64,000 bases of DNA, taken from Cladosporium halotolerans. Lineage: Eukaryota. Position 1 is the first letter of the stretch. Every line of letters starts with the position of its first letter. A program made the translations under genes and the position numbers. Shown one piece after another: positions 1-11,134 of the stretch. The notes beneath the pieces are model-generated. The model saw nothing but the letters and a program-made list of their open reading frames with translations, was not told where the DNA came from and did not search any database. The stretch lies in the NCBI RefSeq assembly GCF_011745625.1, contig NW_027191460.1:310001-374000 (forward strand), written 5' to 3'.

Positions 1-372
1 ATCTTCCACCACAAGGCGTATGACCGGGAGGGTTCGGAGGGTGCGAGGGGCAGTGGCAGCTTTGAGGAGGGCGAGCGGCCTAGGAGTCTGGAGACGCAGA
101 ATGTCGATGATGCGAACCATGCTAGGACTGCGCAGGCGCTGGAGGGTGAGCGCTCCGACGGGGCTGGTGTTGGGCAAGGGGCCTATGGTCAGCAGGCCTA
201 CGGCCAGCAGGGCTACGGTCAGACCGCTGATGGCCAGGGGCTTGCTGGCGGGCGCGATGATGGCATCGTCACCGAGAAGACGACTGGCTTGCCAATGAAC
301 GTTGGACAGTATGGCAGTGGTGCTGGAGGTACTGATGGTGGACAGCACATTCACGGCTACGAGACGAAGTGA
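1..372 (+). CDS. 3' end of a Gly/Gln-rich hypothetical fungal protein (5' part outside the window)
   Basis: Frame 1 is open from base 1 to TGA at 370-372 (…GQGAYGQQAYGQQGYGQ…VTEKTTGLPMNVGQYGSGAGGTDGGQHIHGYETK*) and is followed by an AT-richer, UTR-like stretch. Confidence 0.7.
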   Translation: MFHHKAYDREGSEGARGSGSFEEGERPRSLETQNVDDANHARTAQALEGERSDGAGVGQGAYGQQAYGQQGYGQTADGQGLAGGRDDGIVTEKTTGLPMNVGQYGSGAGGTDGGQHIHGYETK

Positions 373-810
373 AGCCTGGGTTGAGAATGGCTGATTGGTT
401 TGTTTGGATTGGCGGGTTTTCTGGGTTTGGCGTTTCTCCTTAGCTGTTACGAGTCAATATTGTAGTCACGAATGTCATGATCAGTTGAATTCATCAAGTG
501 GCTTCTTTGCTTCGAACATTTCGTGTCATTTTTGGGATATGTGAGGATCTGGCAACGTCTGGCTTTGCTGATAGTATCAGCAATTCTCAAGTCGCCAGAC
601 ATCGTGATTAGAGGGTGCCGTGGATTGCACGAGAGTTCCCTCTACACGCTGCCAACCACTGTTGCGATTGCAGCAAATTGCGGCGGGGTGGCCTTTTCAT
701 CTGAGATGACCAGTCCCTCGCGGCGTGCGATTTCTCGAAGCAACTCCGGCATTTTTGAGCGCCATTTAGAGTCATTTCAAAGAGTCATGATCGTGGGAAC
801 TGCATCCAAA

Positions 811-1329
811 TTACTCTTCGTCCTCTGCTTGCACGAAAGGGTTCTCGATCTCTTCGCTGCCGTCGACAGGAGAGATGAGGACGAGCAGGGTGCCGCGGGC
901 GACGAGCAGGCCGAGGGAGCGGGTGGAGGTGTTTCCGTCTTCATCTGGGAGGGTTGTTAGCTACGAGTATTTACTGGCGTGGGAATGCTTCCGAACATAC
1001 CACGGGTGACCTCGTTGACGTTGTCGAGAACCAGGTTCATAAGCTGATCGTAGCCTTTGAGCGTGCCGGTGACTGTTTGATTCGTGGGTTAGCTTACTTC
1101 GTCCATGATCCTGAAGACATCACAAAAACGCACCTTCTCTGCCACCGTTGAACTTCACCGTCACGGCCTTGTCCATGTACTTGTTCAGATCAAGGATGTT
1201 CTCCTTCTTGCGCTCGCCACCAGCATTGCCAGCAGCGCCGCCGCCTCGCCCGCCCCGGTCGCCTCCACCACCTCCACGACCACGGCCTCCGCCACGTCCA
1301 CCGCCCCGGAAGTTGCCTCGCTCTGACAT
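811..1329 (-). CDS. LSM7: U6 snRNA-associated Sm-like protein Lsm7 (3 exons: 1329-1134, 1072-1001, 944-811)
   Basis: RGG-rich N-terminus, then KKENILDLNKYMDK.VTVKFNGGREVTGTLKGYDQLMNLVLD…RSLGLLVARGTLLVLISPVDGSEEIENPF. Two GT-AG introns with branch sites restore the frame. Confidence 0.96.
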
Positions 1330-1416
1330 TGGCGTAGTGATTTGAAGGTTGTTGCTTGGCGGTGTGCCGGGATGTAGGCTACCTATCTACTGCGTTGCTT
1401 GATTGAATTTGAGAAG

Positions 1417-1494
1417 CACGTGACGTGATACAGGCCTGAGGTGGCTCGTGGCCTGAGGTGGCCGGCGGACGGAGGTGTGTCAGCCTGAGGCGGC
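1417..1494. promoter_or_regulatory. Candidate cis-elements upstream of LSM7: CACGTGAC plus three copies of GCCTGAGGYGGC
   Basis: CACGTGAC at 1417-1424. GCCTGAGGTGGC at 1434-1445 and 1451-1462, and GCCTGAGGCGGC at 1483-1494, all about 100-165 bp upstream of the LSM7 ATG. Confidence 0.4.
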
Positions 1495-2001
1495 TCGCGC
1501 GCACAGACCAGCGCGCCCAAAGACAGCCACCTCACCTTTCGTCCAAAAGTTTGCAGGCTTTGGTAGACCACGACGTGTCCGAGTATAGTCAATATCTTAG
1601 ACACTCCGGGTGAAAATTCGGCATTAATAGTCTAGATGAGCAGGTAGTACGTCTTACGTCCTTATTTAAACGGAGAAAGGATACATTCAGAGATATCACC
1701 ACTATCACAGGACCTCTCAGACCTCAAACTTTCGGATGAACGATGGAGGGCGGCGCTCCGCCAACGCACGACACGCCTCCACCCGCCAGTGCCGCCAACC
1801 CTCTCGCCGCCCTCCCTCGCACCTCCGAACCCGAAGCCGGCTGCCCGATTCGAGCACACCTCAGCGCCGCCGCCCAAGTGCCCCGCCCACGCCGCGCCGC
1901 TACGAAGCCGGGGCCGGTGGGCGAGCGAGTCTGCGACCTGGAAGCCTGAGGAGAGTGCGCGGCCGCGTCTTTGGCTGACTTGAGGCATGTCACCGGCTGC
2001 C

Positions 2002-2030
2002 TCGTCGTCGTCGTCGTCGTTCGTCGTCGT
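2002..2030. repeat. (TCG)n microsatellite in a GC-rich intergenic/leader region
   Basis: tcgtcgtcgtcgtcgtcgttcgtcgtcgt seen directly. Confidence 0.6.
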
Positions 2031-2783
2031 ACGGCAGCGCCTGCGAGCGATGTGCCTCGCCCGCGGGAAGCGTCGTCACTCGCCGCACCGCCGCGCCGCC
2101 GCCGCGCATCCTCGCTGCCGACCCGGCGCAGCGCCCCCCAAGGCTCGCACCTCGCAAGGCACCTCCGGCGGCCAGCCCAGGCTGCCAGGCTCCCCAGGCA
2201 CGCCAGGCCGCGAGCCCAGGCGTTCGCTGGCTCTCCCTCCCTCGCTCGCCCGCCCGCCCGCGGCCTGCACACACACTGCCCTCGTCTCCCGCCCACGGCC
2301 AGCGCGCCAGCCAGCCCGCAGCCCACAGCCCACAGCCCCCAGCCCAGTGCCCACCCACACCCACCCACCACAACACACGCGCGCGCAACACCGCTGCACG
2401 TCTCCTCTCCCCCCCCCGCCCGATCCCTCGCGGCAACTCCTGCCGCGCCACCGCGCCCACTCTCACCCGCCCTGCCGCCGCCGTGCGCTGCTTGCGTCGG
2501 CCTCGCTACCATGCCCTGCAGAGCGCCCGCCCGCCTGCCTGCCGCCCGCCGTAGACCGCGAGGTGCTTGCCTCTCCGCTCAGCCCGCGCCGCCCATGCTG
2601 TAGGTCCCGCCCACATTTGCTCGCCGCCAGCGCCGGTAGGTTCCTCGCCCTCCCTCTCTCTCCGTTTCTTCTCCTCCGTCCTCCCCTTCCTGCCTGCCTG
2701 CTTTGCCCACCGACCACCACCACCGCTCTGCTGCTCCCGGCTGTTGTAAGTGAGAGCGTCGCTGCACGTGACATTCACTCGCC

Positions 2784-4820
2784 ATGGACCCGGTCAGCCC
2801 AAGCACAGCAGCTCCAGCCGCGACAGCACCATCCACCAACGCCCTCGACGCTGCGAGTGCGCTGAAGCGCAAGAGAAGTCCCAGTCTCTCTTCCGCGAAT
2901 GCGACTCCGGCAGCTGCGCAGCAACCGGCTGCCAAAGCGCCGAAGACCTCCGTCGCAAACCAGCTCAGCATCAACTACCTTGCTCGCCAGCTGCACGAGG
3001 ACCTCCCACTGATCAACAAGGATGACACTCTACCCAACCTGCTCTCCCTGCTCTCTTCCTACGCCAGCATCCTCGATCGCCATGAATCGCTCGCTTCGAA
3101 TCTCGGCGCTCGGCCTCTGGGTCCTATCCTGATCAAGCGCTTCGAGCGTTGCTTCGATGCGCCGCCGAAAATTGTCGCGTCGCACCACAAAGGCGCAGCC
3201 AGCAATCCCGAAGACACAAACCACCACATCACATGGCTAGAGGTCATCGAATTCGCCCGCTCGCATCCTGCCCAATTCACCCTCAGCACTTTCTCCGAAG
3301 GCCGTCGCGTGTGCCAATTCTATTACCCGCAGAAACAGCTCCGGGTGCAGATTAGCGAGGAAGATTTCCTGTTCATCAACAGTGGGCGATGCCAGGAGCT
3401 CATTCCGCCTTTGCCTATATGGGAGGATGAGGAGAAGGAGGTCGGCACCTGCGATGTGCTCGAGGCCAAGCTGAAGGAGCTCACGAATGCGGCCGACATG
3501 GTCGCTGCGAGGACGAGGCAGCTTGGCCATCGCTTGAAGGGCAGGCGAACGGCTATTCTCGAAAGAAGAGCGGAAGGAGGGAGCGGCACACCAGCAAAAG
3601 CCAATGCGTTGCAGACTACGACGGCACCGCCTAGTTCGACGGGATCTGCTTTCACCGCAGTGAATGGCGTGAATGGGAGAATCAATGGTGAGACGGTTGA
3701 GCCTAGTCTCGGTTCTTCGGCCACTGTAAAGAATGATCTGCTTCGACATTTCGAGGGCTTGCCGCAAAACCAGGTGCAAGGTCGTACGCAATCGAGACAA
3801 TCTGCGCCAACATTTCAGGACTCCTTCGCCACGAACAACCGTCAATCAGAGGGTGGAATCCCAGGCCATCATGAGCAGCAAGATCACATTGGCTCTACAG
3901 CGTCTTCGTTGTCTCCCGTTCCAAACCATCTCTACTCGAACGATGCCTACTATAGCGATGCTCCACGCTCAGCCTCCACAATAGCACCTCCCGCACGACC
4001 ATCGTCAAGCAACACCGCCAACCCATCCAACGCGCCAAATTACCACCCGATCAAACACAACTTCTCCCGCCCGCTCCCTCCCGCCCTCGAATCAAGCCAA
4101 CCCTTCAGACCCCTCTGCCAGGCCCACATGGACTCCCTCCCTCGCGGCAACCGCGTCCTTCCTCCCTGCGACCGCTGTCGCAGACTGCGCATGGACTGCG
4201 TCAAGAATCTCACGAGCTGCTCCGGCTGCACGCGTAAGCACGCCCGCTGCCACTGGCGCGACGTCTCGCGCGACGAGCTCGCGGCCCTCGACATGGGCCT
4301 CGACGCCGCTTACGACGAATACGCTTACGCTAACGGCCACGACGACTCCGACGACGACGACAGCAACCCGCTCGAGGACCTCGAGGCTCTGGAAGAGCAG
4401 GAGGAAGGGCTCCGCAACGCTCGCGAGCTCTCGCGCTTGGGCTGGGAGGAAGGCATAAAGGCTGCTGTTGGCGCGGAGCAGGCTCCTGAAGGCCAGGCAA
4501 ATCATCACAATCCGGAGCAGCACACGAACGGCGACCGCGGAGTCCCAGCGAAACAGCCCGAGCACGCTTCGCCGCAGATCGTCTCGCCGAAGTCTCTGCA
4601 CGGCCTTGAGAACGCTGGTCTCGGCGCGGAACAGCAGGCTCTCGCGGGCTCGCGACCAGTCACGGCGGCCAGTGCAGCGGCGTCTCCGGGTGCGCCGAAG
4701 CACGCGGTTCCTGCGCCTGTCGCGCCTGTTGTGGCTTCGGCGGAGAATTTTAGGCCGGCGTCGTATGGTGGGTTCAGGGCGGTCAATGAGGTTGTTGGTG
4801 GGTGGCGGGAGGCGGCTTGA
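2784..4820 (+). CDS. Zn(II)2Cys6-like domain protein, putative transcription factor (678 aa, intronless)
   Basis: Long ORF with gccATG context, NLS-like KRKRSP, internal CDRCRRLRMDCVKNLTSCSGCTRKHARC (C-x2-C-x6-C-x6-C-x2-C-x6-C) and an acidic tail. Confidence 0.85.
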   Translation: MDPVSPSTAAPAATAPSTNALDAASALKRKRSPSLSSANATPAAAQQPAAKAPKTSVANQLSINYLARQLHEDLPLINKDDTLPNLLSLLSSYASILDRHESLASNLGARPLGPILIKRFERCFDAPPKIVASHHKGAASNPEDTNHHITWLEVIEFARSHPAQFTLSTFSEGRRVCQFYYPQKQLRVQISEEDFLFINSGRCQELIPPLPIWEDEEKEVGTCDVLEAKLKELTNAADMVAARTRQLGHRLKGRRTAILERRAEGGSGTPAKANALQTTTAPPSSTGSAFTAVNGVNGRINGETVEPSLGSSATVKNDLLRHFEGLPQNQVQGRTQSRQSAPTFQDSFATNNRQSEGGIPGHHEQQDHIGSTASSLSPVPNHLYSNDAYYSDAPRSASTIAPPARPSSSNTANPSNAPNYHPIKHNFSRPLPPALESSQPFRPLCQAHMDSLPRGNRVLPPCDRCRRLRMDCVKNLTSCSGCTRKHARCHWRDVSRDELAALDMGLDAAYDEYAYANGHDDSDDDDSNPLEDLEALEEQEEGLRNARELSRLGWEEGIKAAVGAEQAPEGQANHHNPEQHTNGDRGVPAKQPEHASPQIVSPKSLHGLENAGLGAEQQALAGSRPVTAASAAASPGAPKHAVPAPVAPVVASAENFRPASYGGFRAVNEVVGGWREAA

Positions 4821-6352
4821 TTCAATTGTTGGTTACTTTTGAACAATTCATCAGCAGAATTGGCGGCATTGCGTGCTAATTTTTTTAATTTTTTTTTTCC
4901 TTCTTCTTTCATGCCGTCTGTGTTGTCTTCGTCCTTAGCGCTGTTCATACCCCAAGCGATCGATCCCTTGTTAGCTGTCGATAGCTTCCTTTCATGATGA
5001 ATACATTTATTACTTCAAGTCGCTACTTGACCTTCTCCCCACGTGCCCTATGCATGCAGCCTTACATGTTACACGCCTTTCTCCACGCCGGCCGCCGGCA
5101 GGCAACCTCCCGCCCGCCGGTGAGATTGATGCGATGCGATGCATGCACGCTCCCGTCAGCAGGGATTCGGCGCCGGTAGGACAGTGGGCAGGGGTGGGCT
5201 GAGATGACTTCGTTTGGTGTTTGTGTGGGTTTGCCTTGAGGAGTCTGGTCTGGAATTGCGGCTTTCGTTGGTTGGAGACGTCGGATAGATGGTGAGTGAG
5301 TGGCTCCTCCAAGGATACGAAGTACACTGCCGTGCGGCGTGCGGCTGGTGAGGTCACAAGGCTGGTTGGTACCTTGCCTACTTTTACGTTTAGGTTGCAA
5401 TGGTACCGGTGAAGCTTGTACAGCAAGACTGATGATCTTCCCGCCGCAGGAACATGCGACGCGCAAGGCTCAGGTTTGCTATTTTGCTGCCTTTTTTTTT
5501 TTTGCTGTGCAAGGAGGCAGCATGGCCCGGGCAAGCGAATGATCTTCACGGTCTCTTCAGCTCGCTACTGTGGTCGCAGTCGACTTGAGGCTCAGCACCT
5601 TTCGCTACGCCCCGTCGCACCAATCACACAGTCAAGTCGGTCGTCATTTTAGGTACATCCGCATCCGCGTACGCTAACACCCAACTACCGCGCGACAAAG
5701 GAAGGCTGAAGGAGGCACCCGACCCATGACCCTCCCTTTCCCCAAGACGGAAGCGGCGCGCGGCGCGGCCGGCCCATGAGGTCTGACCACCATCGCCCCA
5801 TCCACATCCCCCACCGCCAAAGACACCCGCCAACAAACACTTTGATGAGCGGAGACGCACACGTCGTGGCTTCCCACCCCCTCGCGTCCAATGGCGCGTC
5901 CACATGGCGCGCACAGCAAATGACTTTGCCGAACGTGCCCTCGCCCTTATGCACGCACGCCGCGTGGGCTGAGCCTTAGTGCCTCAGCCCCGGGCACGCG
6001 AAGGAATGGACGAAGGCGTGGAGCCAGGCAGCGCCGCTTGGCTAGGTAGGTATGCTGTCGCTGCGTTGTTGCTCATCACCTGAGGCTTCAGCTGTGCGTG
6101 GCTGTGAGTCTTGTTGCGAACGAAGGCATATATTAGGTAGCGTGGTGACACCTTCCGTGGTGCTGCTGGGAGGTAAGAGCTGATCGATGAGGCGGCGGAC
6201 CGACTGACCACCTACTCCTTCCGATTTTGTAAGGGACTCATTACATGGCCGCGAGAGCTGCGATATACAAGCCTTTCACGCGCCTGAGCATTTCCAAGAT
6301 ACACGCTTTTCGACCCCTGGGTCTGCAGACGAGCCTGAGATCCATCACCACT

Positions 6353-8095
6353 ATGGCCGACACTCTAGACGTGAACGGCCACCACTCACGGCATAGCTCG
6401 CTGTCTGCCGTTGCCGCCGACCTGCCCAAGAAACTCATCGTCTGCTGCGATGGCACGTGGATGGACGCCGACAGTGGCTGGGTCAAAGGCAAGAACGGTA
6501 GATCTGGCCACCCTCAGACCCCGTCGAACGTGACGCGCATCGCGCGGGCGATGAAAGACCAAGACGACTCGCATCATCAGCAGATTGTCTACTATCAAGC
6601 CGGCTTCGGGACGGGCATCGGTCTTTACGACCATCTCATCGGCGGCGGTACGGGTGCAGGCCTCTCTGAAAACATCCGCGAAGCCTACTCTTTTCTCGTG
6701 AGCAATTACTCGGAACACGACAAGCTTAAGCAGCCGGATTCGATCTTCCTTCTCGGCTTCTCTCGCGGGGCGTTCACGGCTCGTAGCATCGGTGGCTTCA
6801 TCGGTGCTGTGGGCATTCTGAAGAAAGTGGCGATGCCCTTCTTCTACGAGATCTTCCAGGATTGGGCGAATGCGGGCAACCCTAAGCATCCTCCTAGGTT
6901 CTTCAACACCTACTACAGACTCAACCCTGAATTGGAGAGGGTTCAGCCACCAATCGAGTTCATCGGAGACAAGACGAAAATCAACCAGTACATGCAGTCC
7001 TACCGCGACATCCTCCTCTCGCACAACCTCACCACAGAAGCCAACATCAAATGTATCGGCGTCTGGGACACGGTCGGTGCGCTCGGCATTCCTATTAACC
7101 CCATCCTCCAACGCATGCTCCCTTTCCTCCCCTCCTTCATCCGCGAATACCGCTGGTTCGACACGACCATCGACGACCACGTAGAAAACGCCTTCCAAGC
7201 CCTCGGCCTCGACGAGCGCCGCTTCCCCTACTCCCCCGCCGTCTGGGAGCGCCCGGACGACTGCCGCACAAACCTCAAGCAAGTCTGGTTCGCCGGCGCG
7301 CACTCCAACGTCGGCGGCTCCTACGCCGACCAAGGCATGGCAGACCTCGCCCTCGTCTGGATGATGGACCAGCTCGCCGGCCACACCCGCGCCCCCTCGA
7401 AACCCTTCCACCACCTCGACTGGATCCAGTTCGACGACACTTACATCACCGCCTTCCACCGCCTCCAAGTCGACCAATACCAGCAGTCCGACCTCCCGCC
7501 CCCCTCCCCCCGCGGCTGGGCCAAAGCCCGCGTCTACGACTCCCTCACCTTCCCGCAATCCCTCGCGGGCGCCCGCACGCGCGCGCCCGGCCGCTACTGC
7601 CGCGCGGACCCGGACTCCGGCGACCTGACCGCCCAGCTCATGCGTAACACGCACGAGCACGTGCACGCCTCCGTCCGCTACCGCATCGACGCCGGCGCCG
7701 CGCCGCTCGAGTCCGACTGGAGCCAGGCCTTCCCCCGCGGCCTCAGCTTCCAGCCCTACGTGCAATGGCTCGCGCGCAGGCTGACGCCCAACACGCGCAC
7801 GCCCACGTACCTTCCGGACAGAGTGAAGGGCCCCTTGCACGGCTGGCGGCTGGTCGACGGGCACGCGAGCCATGATTCGCCGAACGGGGTTCCGGAGGGC
7901 GTGGTCAAGCCGGCGAAGTGGGTTTGGCAGGGCGCCGCGGGCGCTGTTGACTGCAAGGAGATGCCGGAGGATGTGCTGGGGCCGTATGAGGTTGCGCTGA
8001 AGGATTTCGACCGCGAGGCGAGGGGGAAGCTGGAGGTTGGGGAGGGAGGGGTTGTGGGGAGGGTGAAGAGTTATTCGCCGAGTAAGACTATTTGA
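6353..8095 (+). CDS. DUF2235 (Tle1-like alpha/beta-hydrolase catalytic domain) protein; alternative upstream in-frame ATG at 6245
   Basis: Family motifs KKLIVCCDGTW, SNVTRI, YYQAGFGT, GFSRGA (nucleophile elbow), GVWDTVGALG, ALGLDERR and QVWFAGAHSNVGG. Confidence 0.9.
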   Translation: MADTLDVNGHHSRHSSLSAVAADLPKKLIVCCDGTWMDADSGWVKGKNGRSGHPQTPSNVTRIARAMKDQDDSHHQQIVYYQAGFGTGIGLYDHLIGGGTGAGLSENIREAYSFLVSNYSEHDKLKQPDSIFLLGFSRGAFTARSIGGFIGAVGILKKVAMPFFYEIFQDWANAGNPKHPPRFFNTYYRLNPELERVQPPIEFIGDKTKINQYMQSYRDILLSHNLTTEANIKCIGVWDTVGALGIPINPILQRMLPFLPSFIREYRWFDTTIDDHVENAFQALGLDERRFPYSPAVWERPDDCRTNLKQVWFAGAHSNVGGSYADQGMADLALVWMMDQLAGHTRAPSKPFHHLDWIQFDDTYITAFHRLQVDQYQQSDLPPPSPRGWAKARVYDSLTFPQSLAGARTRAPGRYCRADPDSGDLTAQLMRNTHEHVHASVRYRIDAGAAPLESDWSQAFPRGLSFQPYVQWLARRLTPNTRTPTYLPDRVKGPLHGWRLVDGHASHDSPNGVPEGVVKPAKWVWQGAAGAVDCKEMPEDVLGPYEVALKDFDREARGKLEVGEGGVVGRVKSYSPSKTI

Positions 8096-9283
8096 AGAAG
8101 GGAGGAAGGAAGAGGGCGGGGGAGTGCATTGGTTTTGAGAGGGGGTGGGTATCGGCGTTCTAATCGATGTTTGGCATGAACGCATGGATGGCTTCGCCGA
8201 TATGTTTCTGGGGTGTATGGGAAAGCGATAGCATTGAGGACAAGAAGTTTAGCGTTTAGTAATCACAAGGAAGAGACGTTGCGCGGATGCTCTGGGTTCG
8301 AGTATGGTTTTCTGGAGTGCAGAAGTGCACCGCCTCGATTGTTGCTCCCTTCGTAGATGTGTGAATGGAAAACGAAATACATCCACGATTCAGGCTCCAC
8401 CACGGATCATGCGGCCGACAAAACGAGGCTGCATGGCGTCCGCAGGCGCAAGGCTGAAAAGCCATCTCGCCCGTCTTGCATTTGGCCTCATCCGAATTCG
8501 GATAGACCACATGAGGTATTGACAAGCTCTACTGGATGGACGGCTCAGTCAGGCTGAGTGGTATCTGCATGCGATCGAATTTAGGTCGTTGGCGTGGTCT
8601 GGAGCTGCAACGCGGCACGGCTCATGCGCGTGCGGCACGATGTTAGCGAGTGAGGCTGATTATAGTCACAGCTTCAGCCTGATGGCCATAGTCTCCATAC
8701 GGACAGGACGTTGGTCGAAATACACGCTTCTCGCAGTCGTTCGCACCTGTAGAACTGGAGTCTGCTGATCAAAAGTTTCACAGGCGATGTATTACTGTTG
8801 CGTCAACAAAATACCAGCCTGTGTTGCGACTGGACTGACATTCGCGCTTCGAGATCAGGCTTGCAGATGCAACTTACATCCAAGAGGCTTGGGACTAAAC
8901 CTTAGATGGCCATGAGCCGTCTATCATTGAGATTTGGGACTAGCACGATCGTCTGGATGGATCTTCTAATGCCCCATGAGTCGTTACTCGCGTTGAGCAG
9001 CAATGTGGCGTGCTGACTGCGTTTTTAATAGTCTCTCGTATAGCTATGCCGTTTGCTGGCTCTTATTGGATTGAATTGGCCGTGTCGATGTCTCCCATAC
9101 ATAAGGCAATCGTCGCTTCAACTGCTTTCTGCAAGGCCTATTCCAGGACGTCCCTACGGTCTTCAAACTTCTGGGTTCTTACTCTGGTTGTATTCCGACA
9201 AGCATCTCTTAGTTGGCATCGAATCAAACGCAGGCCTAACTCAATTCTTTCGACCGGGGGTCCGCCCCAGCCCTTCTCCCACA

Positions 9284-11003
9284 ATGGAGTCTCACAGACT
9301 CATGCGTTTAGCAAACGAGCAGCCTATAGTCGAGAAAGGCGAGAAACGGGACTTTTGGCTTTCGTCGAGGGCATGGCTAATGGAAGTCTTGTCGATGGCG
9401 ACCAGTCTTTGCGGAACGGCAGCTCTAGCATTGATGCTGTCCGCTTACAAGGACAAGCCAATATCAGCGTGGACATTCTACTTCAGCATCAGTTCGATCG
9501 TCTCTACTCTCACTACCGTCATCAGGGTGGCTCTGCTCCTTCCCGTGTCTACTTGCTTATCGCAAGCCAAGTGGATGAACTTCAGAAAGACGTCAACCCT
9601 CAACTCCATGGACGTATACGATGAAGCCAGCAGAGGCTCCTTTGGAGCTGTGAAGCTTCTTGCTGAAGCAAAGTCGCACTCTATACTGCCTGCCGTCGCA
9701 TCCATTGTGACGGTGTTGGCGCTCGCCATTGGTCCGATCACCCAGCAAGTCGTCCAAATCAGGGAAGTTGACATACCGTCGCCCGACGCCTCCGCCACCT
9801 TCCCACACGCTCGATCCTACGACAGCGGCGCAATCGGAAACGCAGGTAGCGTAGGTAATTTGGGCGCATTCAGCTTTCAAGGTACAAAAAACCATTCCGC
9901 TCGACAGAATCCAGTCTTACGTCGTCACAGATAACACGACCGATCGAGCTATGCGAGGAGCCATGTTACGCGGACTATACGCGGATGAAAGCCAATGGAC
10001 TCCCGACTTCGAATGTTCGACTAACTGCACATGGCCCGGTGACTATACCATCCTTGGCTTCGATAGCGTTTGTGAGAACGTGACCCTTGCGACGCTATCA
10101 AACAAGAGATGCCAGAGAAGGGTCGGAAGCAGTCGCGAGAATTGCACCATGACAACACCTAACAACGTCACGATCGAAACTACTTGGTTCAACACTGTCT
10201 TCCAAACATCTGCAGGTTTGAGCGCCCACACCCTCACGGGTGATGATGAAGAAACTAGCCTGGAAATCGCCAGAATTGCATTCTACACCACCAATCGTGA
10301 CAACGCACTATATGCCATGGGCATCACCGGTGAGGCTATCTGGGACTGTTCCCTCAAGCTTGCCGCATGGAAACGCTCCAACGTCTCGTCTACTTTGAAT
10401 TCTTTCGCCATGGGCGCTGGGGAAAGAGCACCACTGGAGGCCGGCAGAATTGTCGCAGCAAACCCTGATGACCCCGAAACGTTTGATGAATTCCGCCTGA
10501 CTCTCAAACAACCTGGACTCCCAGATTCATACCTCAACACTGCGGACGTCGCCGCGATGAGATACTTCTTCACTTCCCCTCTGTTCGCCGGCTACTTGCT
10601 TGAAGGAGAGTCACAGCCCGCCCATGACATCGGCAACACTATCGCATTCCTGGACAGAGATCCCGGCGAGGTCATGAAGCGTGTCGCCGAGGCAATGACA
10701 GTCGAGCTGCAACGAGGTAATACGAGCCAGCTAGCTGTAGGCTACTCGTGGCAGCACCTCACTTATTTTGAGGTGAACTGGATGTGGCTCATCTTGCTCG
10801 CATGCCTCCAAGCGACGACAGTGCTCATTCTGATTACAAACATCGTCCAGGATCGCAAGTACCGGAGCGTTCCTCTGTGGAAATCGTCTCAGTCGGCTCT
10901 AGTGTACTACTCTCTCGACTCTGACGAATTGCTGCGCACTCCGATCTCTGGGCCGAGGGAATTGGAGCAAGTTTCGAAGACAACTCGAACAAGGCTTGCT
11001 TGA
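9284..11003 (+). CDS. DUF3176-family membrane protein (2 exons, intron 9882-9930)
   Basis: N-terminal TM segments, CLSQAKW..F, YDEASRG..GA.KLL, LALAIGPITQQVV, C.TNCTW…LGFDSVC, and C-terminal YFEVNWMWL…VPLWKSS. A 49-nt GT-AG intron joins ORFs 9053-9934 and 9951-11003 in frame. Confidence 0.85.
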
Positions 11004-11134
11004 CGAATGCTGTTGAGACGCGTGCTCTGGGAATGAGTTTAAAGAGGTTGGCAAAGCGACGTTGAAATTATTCATTGGCTCGATATACTGTACACTTCGG
11101 GGTCGTTTTCTTCATTCATCAACATACATCTCTC

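Noticed and set aside
1662..2865. Many overlapping 100-290 aa ORFs on both strands
   Set aside because: Extreme GC content suppresses stop codons, and the translations are Arg/Pro/Ala low-complexity. More likely a promoter or 5' UTR.
5180..5503. Possible Pol III ncRNA ending in a T12 run
   Set aside because: No tRNA, 5S, U6, SRP, RNase P or MRP signature motifs were found; probably a simple poly-T tract.
6386..8185. 599-aa antisense ORF over DUF2235, and similar antisense ORFs over UTP10, the epimerase, RCE1 and the last gene
   Set aside because: Shadow frames produced by high GC3 codon bias on the real strand; they contain no motifs.
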